This document shows positions 23,401 to 33,200 of a stretch of 64,000 nucleotides of DNA, piece after piece. Numbering within the stretch: the first letter of the stretch is position 1; each line of letters begins with the position of its first letter. A model generated the notes under the pieces. The model searched no databases. It had not been told where the DNA came from and saw nothing but the letters and a program-made list of their open reading frames with translations. The translations under genes were made by a program, and so were the position numbers. Source of the DNA: Lama glama (lineage: Eukaryota); the NCBI GenBank assembly GCA_028534125.1, contig CM052818.1, positions 2,730,001 to 2,794,000 of the forward strand, in the 5' to 3' direction.

Positions 23401-25004
23401 ACTCCTCATCAAGTCAACACAGGAGAAGTGGGGCTTTGCCTGAGGGGACCTGGCTACTGCCCTAGATCTGGAAAACAATGGAATGCATAGGGAGGGGCCC
23501 AGCTCCTGCGGAAGAGTGGGCTTGGCGCCTCGCCCCGGCCTAGGGAGGGAGAGACTTTCACACGAAGTCACTGCCTTTTCTCTGCAGGCATTTCTGATCC
23601 AGTTCACAAGTACCAATCACCACTGGATTGGCCTCACTGACAGGGGCACGGAGGGCCGCTGGCGCTGGGCAGATGACACACCATTCAACAGGGCCAGGAG
23701 CAGTGCGTGAGTCCAGCCACTCACTGTGTGGTGCCGTCCTGGGCACTGGCTTGGGCAGGCCTGGCTACAGATGCTTGTGTGTCTCTGTCCTGTGTATTTA
23801 TCCCTGCCCCGTAAGCGTTAGTGTTCTGTGTGATATATGTGTATAATGTGTGTATGTGTATGTGTGTATGGGATGTGTTTATATGTGATTGTGTATGGTG
23901 TGTGTAAAGTGTGTATGATGTGTGTGGTGGGTTTGTGTGTATACATATGATTGTGTGATGTGCGTGTGTTGTGTGTGTACTGGGTGTGTGTATATATGTG
24001 TGGTGTGTGTGGTGTATGTATACTGGGTATGTGTATATATGACTGTGTGGTGTGTGTAATGTGTGTGTATGGTGTGTGTATACTGGGTGTGTGTATAGTT
24101 GATTGTGTGATGTGCGTGTGGTGTGTGTATAGATGACTGTGTGGTGTGTGTGGTGTGTGTGGGGTGTGTGTATAGATGACTGTGTGGTGTGTGTGGGGTG
24201 TGTGGTGTGTGTGTGGTGTGTGTGTAGATGACTGTGTGGTGTGTGTGGTGTGTGTGTGGTGTGTGTATACTGGGTGTGTGTATAGATGACTGTGTGGGGT
24301 GTGTGTGTGATGTTTGTATACTGGGTGTGTGTGTAGATGACTGTGTGGTGTGTGTGGGGTGTGTGTGGTGTGTGTGGGGTGTGTGTGGGGTGTGTGTAGA
24401 TGACTGTGTGGTGTGTGTGTGGTGTGTGTGGTGTGTGTGTAGATGACTGTGTGGTGTGTGTGGGGTGTGTGTGGTGTGTGAACACCAGCACAGCTGTGGT
24501 CGTTGCCTGGGCCCCTCCACAGGGGCGTCAGAACTGGGCAGGCAGCCTGTCAGCTGGTCTTGCTGGGGGTTTTTTTTGGTTTGTTTTTGGTTTTCACCTA
24601 TCCTGGTCCTAAAGAGCCTTGCCCCCATCGGAAGCTATCTAAATGTGACTTTGGGGGTGGGGACTTGGAGCTTTAGATACCCTCCCTGTCCCTCGATTCT
24701 CAGTAACTAAGAACGACCTCAGCAGCGCCACCTGCCCAGGCACCTCTGGCCCATCCTGGGGCTACCAGGGGATTAGGGACCTGTGTCACGTCAGCTCCTT
24801 ATGCCACAGCAGGGGGAGGGGACACTTCACCTGGCAGAATAAAGCCCTCTTGTCTCCAGGTTTTGGGACCAGAATCAGCCGGACAACTGGCGACACACGA
24901 ACGGGCTGACGGAAGACTGTGTCCATGTTCAGAAGAAGTGGAATGACATGTACTGTTCCGCGCTCTACCACTGGGTCTGCAAGAAGCCCATGGCCGGGGT
25001 GTAG
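14397..25004 (+). CDS. CLEC4F: C-type lectin domain family 4 member F (Kupffer cell receptor), complete, 604 aa; join(14397..14457,15257..15373,15688..15789,17666..18784,22588..22739,23588..23706,24860..25004)
   Basis: Seven GT/AG exons total 1815 nt and stay in frame: MSGDEVRFCTD N-terminus, TM segment, long coiled-coil neck, and a CRD with WIGLTD, QPDNW and WND. Located between CD207 and FIGLA as in other mammals. Confidence 0.95.
15257..15373 (+). CDS. CLEC4F: CLEC4F exon 2 (transmembrane)
   Basis: gggcag|GGCTGGAC ... GTTGTGG|gtaagc; LWATLAFVAVTLVSSLVALFVV. Confidence 0.93.
15688..15789 (+). CDS. CLEC4F: CLEC4F exon 3 (juxtamembrane)
   Basis: tctcag|TTCTACAG ... GGACC|gtgagt; 102 nt, phase 1-1, open frame LQNPRPALEASFQTFQARVPGGSSSGQFPREPD. 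Confidence 0.8.
15912..16640 (-). mobile_element. Old L1M fragments in CLEC4F intron 3
   Basis: aacagctttcttgagatataat 3' end, plus antisense ORF2 sequence (caattgttccagcgccatttgttgaaaa). Confidence 0.8.
17666..18784 (+). CDS. CLEC4F: CLEC4F exon 4 (coiled-coil neck, 1119 nt)
   Basis: ctccag|ATCCCTAC ... ACCCGAA|gtaagt; heptad-repeat protein (ENSSAWSLEIQMLTCRVDNVSSQIQ...). Confidence 0.97.
20742..21310. mobile_element. Cluster of hAT-Charlie MITEs (MER5-like, MER58-like, MER5A-like)
   Basis: gcagcctgggcatcagaatttttt; gttccaataaaactttattta; tgcatcagaatcacctggagagtttgttaaaacacagatt. Confidence 0.75.
21340..21995. mobile_element. L2 LINE 3' fragment
   Basis: ttaaaacccttcatggctttccattgctc ... 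agacagtaagtttcttgagggc ... aaatgagtgaata. Confidence 0.6.
22588..22739 (+). CDS. CLEC4F: CLEC4F exon 5 (CRD 1)
   Basis: ctccag|ATCAAC ... GAGCAG|gtcaga; QLLQLILQGWKSYNGNLYYFS...HLASVTSEEEQ. Confidence 0.96.
23588..23706 (+). CDS. CLEC4F: CLEC4F exon 6 (CRD 2)
   Basis: ctgcag|GCATTT ... AGTGC|gtgagt; AFLIQFTSTNHHWIGLTDRGTEGRWRWADDTPFN. Confidence 0.96.
23820..24480. repeat. TG-rich minisatellite-like tract in CLEC4F intron 6
   Basis: Degenerate (TG)n with seven exact copies of AGATGACTGTGTGG and a recurring TACTGGGTGTGTGT motif. Confidence 0.95.
24860..25004 (+). CDS. CLEC4F: CLEC4F exon 7 (QPD/WND terminal exon)
   Basis: tctccag|GTTTTGG; FWDQNQPDNWRHTNGLTEDCVHVQKKWNDMYCSALYHWVCKKPMAGV, TAG at 25002-25004. 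Confidence 0.95.
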
Positions 25005-25268
25005 CCTGAGGGCAGGCCCGAGCTGAGGGGTCACGGCAGCTGCCAGCTCTGGGTCCTTCTCCAGGACACCGTGGGAGCCTCTGAACTCAGCTTGATCTCT
25101 GGGGCCTTCCATTGGGCCTTTGTTTTTCCTGATCTGTCCTTTTTTTTTTTTTTAATCTTTCAAACACATTTACCTCATGCAACCGCGCACAATCAACAAG
25201 TCCTCGAGGCCAGAGCCTCGTGCCGCTGTATCCCCCTCCGCAACCAGCCTGTCAAGCAGCAGGCCCTC

Positions 25269-25274
25269 AATAAA
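25269..25274 (+). terminator. Probable CLEC4F polyadenylation signal
   Basis: AATAAA about 265 nt after the stop codon. Confidence 0.7.
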
Positions 25275-26089
25275 TACTCGCAGGAACAAAAGTTTTAACT
25301 TGTCTGTGCGGCAGCCGCCATGCTCACTTCTTCCTGGATTGCTTCTCCTTCCCTGTGTCCCTTCTTGCTGAAACAAGCTTGTCTTTGTTTAAGGGCTTTA
25401 TAGCTAGGAACTTTCAGTTGGTTCCTTGAAAGATGGTGGAGGTTTAACACAAACTACCTGGACTTGGTAGGGGTACAAATTCCCGGGAAGTCATGGCCAC
25501 CCCACGTGTTCTCTGCGCTTCCTTCGTTGCAGATGGGGCTGGAGCTGGATTTTTCCAGACCTTTAAACCACTCCAAAAACTCATTTCTCTCCTGTGGCTG
25601 GCCACATCCTGTCCTCAGACTGTTAGCTCTCAGAGCCGCATTCTCCACTTTCCTTGTGCACATCCACCCTCCCCAGGACGAGGATTTCTGCCTGATCAAC
25701 TGAGAATGAGAATTTCTAGGGCAGGTTTTTGCCCCGCCCACCGGAGTCCCATCCTAGGCCTGCGCAGGGAACGCTATGCAAATTTCTGGAGCTGCTTCTC
25801 TGCATCACTCCCCTTCATATTCTGCGCCCCCAATTATAGAATGCTCAGTCTCCCCAAACTCCCATCTCTCTCTCCTCAGTTTAGTGGGCCTGCCATGCCC
25901 CCTGGGGACACCCTCCTCCCTGCACGGTGGTCTGGGAAGCTCCTCCAGGAACAAACCCAGGAAGGTGGTTGGCTCAACCAGTCAGACCCCAGTTGTTGTC
26001 CAATGTCTGAAACAATTGTTTCATATATTTTGTCTAGTGTTCTGCTTGCTTATAGAAAAAGGGCTGGTCCGGTTTCTCATCATGACCAG

Positions 26090-26820
26090 AATTGCTTGTT
26101 TAGGTCTTCTGCCCATTTTTGGATTTTTTTTAAATTATTAAGTTGTATGAACTGTTTATATATTCTGGAAATTAAGCCCTTGTCAGTCTAATCTTTTGCA
26201 AATATTTTTTCTGTGGGTTCTGTAGATTGTCTTTTTATTTTGCTTATGATTTCCTTTGCTGTGCAGAAGCTTATAAGTTTAATTAGGCCCCATTTGTTTC
26301 TTTTTGCTTCCATTTCTATTGCTTGGGTAGACTGCCCTAGGGGAACATTGCTGAGATTTATGTTGGATAATGTTTTGCCCATGTTTTCTTCTAAGAGGTT
26401 TATAGTATCTTGTCTTATGTTTAAGTCTTTAAGCCATTTTGAGTTTATTTTTGTGTACGGTGTGAGGGAGTGTTCTAGCTTCACTGATTTACATGCAGCT
26501 GTTTCCCCAGCACCATTTGCTGAAGAGACTGTCTTGACTCCATTGTATGTTCTTGCCTCCTTTGTCAAAGATTAATTGACCAAAATCCTGTGAGTTTATT
26601 TCTGGGCTCTATTTTCTCTAAACGTCCTGTGGAGGATGTATTGAAAGCTGCAATTTCCCCAAGCATGAGGAAGGCAGGGGAATTAAGTTCTCTGCAGACT
26701 GAGTGGAGCGATCTGGGGAGACAGAGTGAAATCTGCTGTTGTCCTGAAGTCAGCTTGTTCCACTGATCCATACGTCTGTTTTTGTACCAGTACCATGCTG
26801 TTTTAATTATTGTAGCTTCT
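26090..26820 (-). mobile_element. L1 ORF2 fragment interrupted by a local duplication
   Basis: The minus-strand ORF 26188-26568 encodes L1 ORF2 (LTPYTKINSKWLKDLNIRQDTINLLEENMGK). Confidence 0.9.
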
Positions 26821-27544
26821 AATAGCTTTTTGTTTGTTTGCTTGTTTCTAATAGCCTTTGATTCAGGTATTTCAGTATTACTTTGTTTAATGTCTAAATA
26901 TTCATAACCATGAAATCTACTAGAAGAATTTTACTTTTTTTTTTAATGGAGATTCTAGGAGATTGAAACAAGGACCTTGTGCATGCTAAGCATGTGCTCT
27001 ACCACTGAGCTCTACCTCCCTCTAAATTTTACTTTTTATCAATATTCATTCAATCAGGGAGTATTTATTGTGCTTCTGCTATGCACCAAGCACTCTTTGA
27101 GGGTTTGGGGATTCAGCAGTGAACCAAATAATGAAAAAACCCAGCCCTCATGAAGCCAGCATTCTAGTAGGGAGGAGAGCTGGTTAGGACATCCGGCCCC
27201 TTCTCATAATAGCCACAGGCAGGAGTCTTGTGACGCTTGCAAGCTGGGGCTGGGGCCTTCTGGAGTAGCAAGCAGCTACTCACCATTGATCCAGCCAGCC
27301 GTGGTCTGTGGTCTGTGGTCTGCAGCTAATGAATCAGGAACAGGTAAACATGAAGGACTCTCTCCTGCTCACACTCCAGGGTCACGTGCTTGGGCTGGCC
27401 ATGTGTCTCTTGTGGAGGATGTTCTGAAAGCTGCAATTTCCCCAAGAATGAGAAAGGCAGGGGAATTAAGTTTTCTGCAGACTGAGCAGAGCCATCAGGG
27501 GAGGCACAGTGAAATCTGCAGTTGTCCTGAAGCAGTCGGCTTGT
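26628..27544 (+). repeat. Dispersed direct repeat, ~132 nt: 26628-26758 and 27411-27544
   Basis: Hand alignment gives about 13 substitutions and 2 indels (tgtggaggatg...gaaagctgcaatttccc...ggcaggggaattaagtt...gtgaaatctgc.gttgtcctgaag). Confidence 0.95.
26940..27022 (-). mobile_element. tRNA-derived SINE (camelid vic-1-like)
   Basis: The minus strand has an A box and a degenerate B box; TSD aattttacttttt. Confidence 0.8.
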
Positions 27545-28779
27545 CACCCTGAGGTGCTGGCTTCCACTGTGGGAACCCTGGGCAGCTGCCACTCTCAGTG
27601 ACCACAGATGGCATTGGTGGCGACAGCAGTCTATGGCAGATGATCGCCACCACACGGGGTGTGCTGCTGCCCCCTGGTGCCCACAGCCTTTCCTCCCCGA
27701 GCCATCTTTCCAGTCTTTCTGGGTATGAGGACCCCACCTGACAGAGGCTGAGGTCTACACCTTGGGATCTGGGGGCGAGCCTGACTCTGGCACAGGGAGA
27801 AGACAGCATGCACTTTCTGGTTGTCATGAACTAACCTCCCAGGCCTGGTTTTCTAGGGGCAGGGAACAATTTCTCAGTCAGGAGAGAGAGCATATTTTGG
27901 AGAAAGACGTCACAGCATTTTGAGGATGATGGAGGTCACTAGTTTAGAGGGAAAGGTACCCCTACTTATCATAGTTGACAACTCTGAGTGTTCTCTGCCA
28001 ACTGATATCCCAGCCCGTGCTCCGGAATTCTTACAGCACTCGCTCCCATATACCCAGATTTGGGGCTGGGCCTTGGCCCAGTCCCCCACGCGTTCCTACA
28101 CCACCGGACAGAGCCTCTCCCTTTGCATTGCTCTCACTTATAAGGGCCTGTTATACGTGGCTGTGCATCTATCTGCTACCAGCAATTCCTGGGGCTCAAA
28201 GCCAAACAACCCCAGAGACCCCCACCGCCAGTGAAAGCTCCAGGCCCCCAGGGAGAGTCACAGGAGAGCGAGGAGGCCTGGGTTGCATTTCAGAGGGGCA
28301 GTTTAGTGTAGAACAAGGGGCTGCCAGCTGGGCCTCAAAAAGGGCCCACATAGCACAGTGTCTACAGCACAGTTGTGCCTCTCAGTTCCCCCCTAAAGCA
28401 GCCTGCACCCCACTTCATCTAGAACTTCCCAGAGCCCTGCTTTTCTTGCATCTTACCCTCCTGGGATCTGACGAGCACTTCCCACTCCCAGCTGTACAGG
28501 TCCCAGGACTAGGATTCTGGGCCCCCTTCAAGGTGGCCCCAATGAACCTCTCATGACATCTCTGCTGTGGGGTCACTGGAACCGAGCCCCGTACATACCT
28601 CAGTGCCCCTCAACCAGCTCCTGCACTCTTGCTCAGAACATCCCTCTGCCTGGGTCACCTAGGATTTGTCTGTACAATAGCTGAGTTTCTGGATGTTCTA
28701 TCTGGTTCATAAATCGTGATTGCTCTTCTCACCATCACATCCCACATCCAATGTGGCGGGAGTTACACGAGGCAGGAGA

Positions 28780-29012
28780 GGCTTGTGGCTATAGACCCAG
28801 GGTGTGTAGCCAGACTGTGTGGGTTCAGTTCCAGCTTTGCCCCTTTCTAGCTGGGAAAGCCCGTTACCTGACTTTTGTGTCTCAACTTCCTCTCCTGGGA
28901 ATAAATTAGAATCCCTCTCTTGAGGCTGTTGGGTGGGCTGAGAAAATGAATGCACCACAGGCTTGGAATATGCTTGGCACCGGGTCCCATTGTACAAGCC
29001 TTAGCTGTTACT
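28780..29012 (+). mobile_element. MIR SINE
   Basis: agccagactgtgtgggttcagttccagctttgcc...gcttggaatatgcttggcac. Confidence 0.65.
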
Positions 29013-31169
29013 GTTACGTCAGTGGCCTGGTGGATTTCTCACTGCATCACAGAGCAAATTTCTTTTCTAATCCCTCCTTTACAGAAGGCAAGACGAGGCT
29101 TAGAATCTGAATGAATTACTCAAAGGTCCTAGGAACCCCAGTGTCTCAGAAGCTCTTCCCCTCTGACCCACGATGAACCCTCGGGCCCTTTTAAGTCTCA
29201 GCTCCTGTATGAGGCCCCATAGCCCACAGGCCATAAGCATCCATCTACCCCTTTGCGAGGTGGCCCGGCATCTCCCTGCATCTTATCAGAGCTCCAGGCT
29301 CCTGGCTGCAGCCGAAACACAGCAGCACAAATGAGAAGGGCTTCAGCTGAGGGTCCCTGTGAGGAAACGACCTTTCAGCAGCTTCCGGGGGACAGAGCCC
29401 GTGGGTCTGTTCCTCTTCTCTGCTCTTGGTGGAGAAACACTTCTGACCCGCTGTTACCCTTGCTGGGGATGCGGCCAGGATGTTGACCCCAGCTCATGCC
29501 CAGGGGGTGAAGGAGGAGCACGAGGGAAGTGAAGTGTGGGCCACAGGGAGCAGGGCCTGCCTGCTGGCGGACCAGGTCAACCAGAAGCACAGGGCTGGGC
29601 CCAGAGACCTTGGGCTGGAGGCCGCTCAGACCTCGAGGAGACAGGACTGCCATGGAGACGGCAGACTCGAGTTCCAGCCTCAGCTCTGCCGCTGAGCAGC
29701 AGTGGGACCGTGGCTAGTTACTCACTTGTCCGGCATCAATTTTCCCATTTGTCCAAGGGAAGTAAAGCCTGATTCCCAAGAAAGTGGTGAGATAAAATAG
29801 TACATGCTATGTAATCAATAATATGTAATAATAAATACACTTATGTGACTACGAATAATAATATGCAACTTCCAAATCCGTTTCGATGGGAATTCCGGGC
29901 AAGGTGACATGTCTTTATACTTTTTGATTCCTTTTAAAATGTCATTCTGGGCCTTCCTTTACTAAAGCTGTTGTTCATCACTCTCTCACGTCTTGGCTGA
30001 GTGAAGGAGATGAAGGGAACTGTGTCTGAGCGAGGATTTAGTTGGGGTGGAGGTCTTCCAAGCACCCAGGCCGGGTGTTCCCATCAGGAGGGGGGTGTTC
30101 TGCTCAGCTGGGTGCCAGGGTAGCGAACAGGCAAAGACTGATGAGTTGAATCTGCTGGGGCTCTTTCTCTGTGTCTGAGGGTGGAAGATGATGTGGCTTG
30201 GCCCCCTCACCCCTTTACCCCACCCCCCTCCATTTCTCAGAACCCCCTGGACCCAGGGTTCCGGATGGCAAGCCAGAAGATGTAATTAGAAACAAGGGTG
30301 TGAGATTGTGAGCGTGGACGTGACGCAGAGTGCCCCTCCTTGTCCTTTCGTCTGTTTCCTGCGGACAAGCCAGCGCGTGGGGACTCGAGGTGTCTGGGCC
30401 GCAGTGTTCCTGGCCCCGCCCCAAGCTTTGGAAAGCTGCCTGGTGGTGTGTCCTTGAACTCAGAGTTCTTCTTGCTCCTTCAGCCCTCCCAGTGATTGTG
30501 TAAGCACTGAAATCGCTGAATTAAACCCCTTGGCATCTGCTGAGAATATCTAGAAGAGTTTCTGACCCTGCTCTGAACCCTGACTGGGGCGAATGGCCTG
30601 AGGTCTTCGCTCCTGCGAGGTTGGTCCATGCTGGGCACCAGTGATGGCAGAAGCCTCAAAGGGGACAGCTCCAGTTTTAGAAATGACACCCAGGAGCAAT
30701 GATGGAGGAGTGATGATTTGGAAGGAATCCAAGTCCTTGAGTGACCATGAGGAACAGAGCTGCATCGCTGACCTCCACTTTTCTCACTGTTAGAGGCGAG
30801 AGATATAAACAGTTTTGTTCACTGGGTCCTTGCATTATTGGATGATGGTAAGTTATCAGCACCTTAACTCAGACTGGCTTATGTGATTGCTCTCCCTCAG
30901 AAAAGATGGCTCAGTTGAGGAATTAAATGCCAAGAGGCCAGAAAATTATAGTTGGAGTTGATGGAGGGTAGCGGGTCTGAGGAATAAAGCCTGGGGTTCT
31001 CACGCTGGATTCCTGATACATACCAGTTTGCCCAAGAGTTTGGAAATAAAATAGAATAATGTCGATAATCTCCTTTTTGATGCTCAAGGAAAGCTAAGTA
31101 AATGGGTAAACCATTTCCATTTTAAGCTTCATCCCCACATATTTGGCTCTTCCCTCTGCCTCCCAGCAG

Positions 31170-32305
31170 ACACCACCATGGGAATTCAGAGCAAGCAAAA
31201 TTATTTTCCATCTTAAAAATATCTATTGTTATTGGTGTTGGATTGGAGTTAGAGGAATAAGTGTGAACTTACGCTTTTTAAACATACCTATCCATCTGTA
31301 TACAGAGACAGCTAGATATAGCTGTGTGTGAGTATACGCGCGCGTGTGTGTGCGAATGTATAGTTCCTGTCTGCAGAAAGAACATAGAAACAATGACATT
31401 CCAAAAGGAATGAACAATCAAGCATCCAGTCTTGGTTTCTAAATCCCATCCTCCCCTAAAAGGAGAATTGATTGATTTCAGGGCTGGGGCTAGGAAAATT
31501 CGAGATGAGCCTGGAATGTATTGTGTCTCTTTGGGCACAAGTAAGAAAGTGCTCAAAGAATGGTGGGGTCATGTCAAAAGGACAGAGGAGCCAGCTTGAA
31601 GGGGCTCCCATAGGCCAAATTTGTGACAATTTGAGCATTAAAATAAGGATAGGAATGAATTACATCTTACTGAATAAAAGAGAAATCCATGAGCTCATGA
31701 TGACACAACAAAATTAATCAATAACTGGGGAGAAGGGAAACCTCTTCCCCGAAGGAGGATGCCAACTGTTTGGCCATTATTAGTGTGGTGGTTAATTCAG
31801 GCAGGAGTCAGCAAAGGACTCTAAGGCTGTCTCCTCACAAAATATCAATTAAAAGGGGGAAAATATTTAAGGTGAAGAAATCTGGCAGAAACCACCTTGA
31901 TGGGGTGATCAAGGTTAACATCATCAGGGGTGGAACAGTTCAGCATCACGTGTCTCCTTATGTGACGCACCGAGGAAACCCCAGCATCTCTTCTACGGAG
32001 TCTCCGCCAAGAGGGCAGGACCTGGGTCTGGACACAAGGAAACACCGGGCAGACCGAGGTAGAGGGACATCCTACGGAATGAAAGGCTTCCACTCTCTGA
32101 AACTGCCGAAGTCGTGAAGACAGGGCAAGACCAAGGAAACGCTTTAGAATAACAATAATGAAAACAGGAATATTCATAAAGAGAAAGGGAGCAACGGGGC
32201 AAGTGTGAAAAAAAGTTAGGGAGTAGAGAACCTAGGTCAAGGGGACACAGGACGTCTTCGTTATTGCTCTTGCAACCCATTTGTTTCAAAACGAATTTTA
32301 AAAAA
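31170..32305 (+). mobile_element. Ancient L1MC/MD-like 3' region
   Basis: gaaatctggcagaaaccaccttga...gatcaaggttaacatcatca; ggggctcccataggccaaatttgtgacaatttgagcatt. Confidence 0.7.
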
Positions 32306-32469
32306 GGTTTTGGTGTATCTATCAGTTTTTTCCCTGATGTGTGTGTATATACACGTGTATACGTATATCCAGAGAAACGGAGGCCCCGGCTTAGATAGGT
32401 TAAATCAGAATTTGGGGGACTGGTACCCGGGACGGTGGAGTTTTCAAAAACTCCCCAGGTGACTCCAGG

Positions 32470-33200
32470 GTGCAGCCCGGTTTGCGAGCGCGCGCTGCAA
32501 TCCAGGGTTCACGGAAATCACCTGTGGAACTTGTGAAACAGAAGGTCTCAGAGAAGCTTCCCGAGAGCGGGCCGGGCGGGTACGCAGGCGCGCAGGGGAA
32601 GCCGACAGGTGGTCCGGGCGCCCGCGCGCCCGCCCCCGCCCGCGGGCCCCGCGCGGCCGCAGGTGCTCCCGAGGGCGGGCCCGGCCGCCCGCAGGCCTCC
32701 GCGCGCCGCCATGGACGCCGCGCCCGCGCTCCTGGGCGCCCCGCGGGCCGAGGTGCTGGACGACGTGCTGCGGGAGCAGTTCGGGCCGCTGCCCAAGCTG
32801 GCTGCCATCTGCCGGCTCAAGCGGCTGCCGTCGGGCGGCTACTCGCCCACTGAGGACCTGCAGTTGGTGCTGGAGCGGCGGCGCGTGGCCAACGCCAAGG
32901 AGCGCGAGCGGGTGAGCGCCGGGCCGCCTTCCTCCCGGCTCGCCCTCGACCCACCGCCCTCTCCAGACGCCTCCGGGACCCGGGGTGCCCACTCCCCAGC
33001 CGGGGGGCCCAGGGCGACTTCGACCTCCCGAGGGCCGGCTCGTGTTCCCCTCAGCCCGCTTGGGGATGGCGCCTCGCCGGCCACCCACCCGGACGGGTGC
33101 GGGAACCGGGTCTGGGGCGGGGGGCCGAAGTCTGACAACTTCAAACGTCTCCCCTGGACGGGTGCTTTGACCCCTCGGAGCGCGGCAGTGCGCCTCCATC
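32470..33200. promoter_or_regulatory. CpG island over the FIGLA promoter and exon 1
   Basis: Very high GC and CpG density around the ATG. Confidence 0.9.
32711..32911 (+). CDS. FIGLA: FIGLA exon 1
   Basis: [28 protein letters not shown]...[19 protein letters not shown]|gtgagc. Confidence 0.96.

Noticed and set aside
11057..24480. CA-rich tract (11.1-11.4 kb) and TG-rich tract (23.8-24.5 kb) as an inverted-repeat pair
   Set aside because: Complementarity is only generic dinucleotide content; their diagnostic internal motifs differ.
23721..24628. 256-aa and 249-aa minus-strand His/Thr/Pro ORFs; also considered as a CRISPR-like repeat-spacer array
   Set aside because: They come from the TG minisatellite. 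The 'spacers' are themselves TG repeats, the DNA is mammalian and there are no cas genes.
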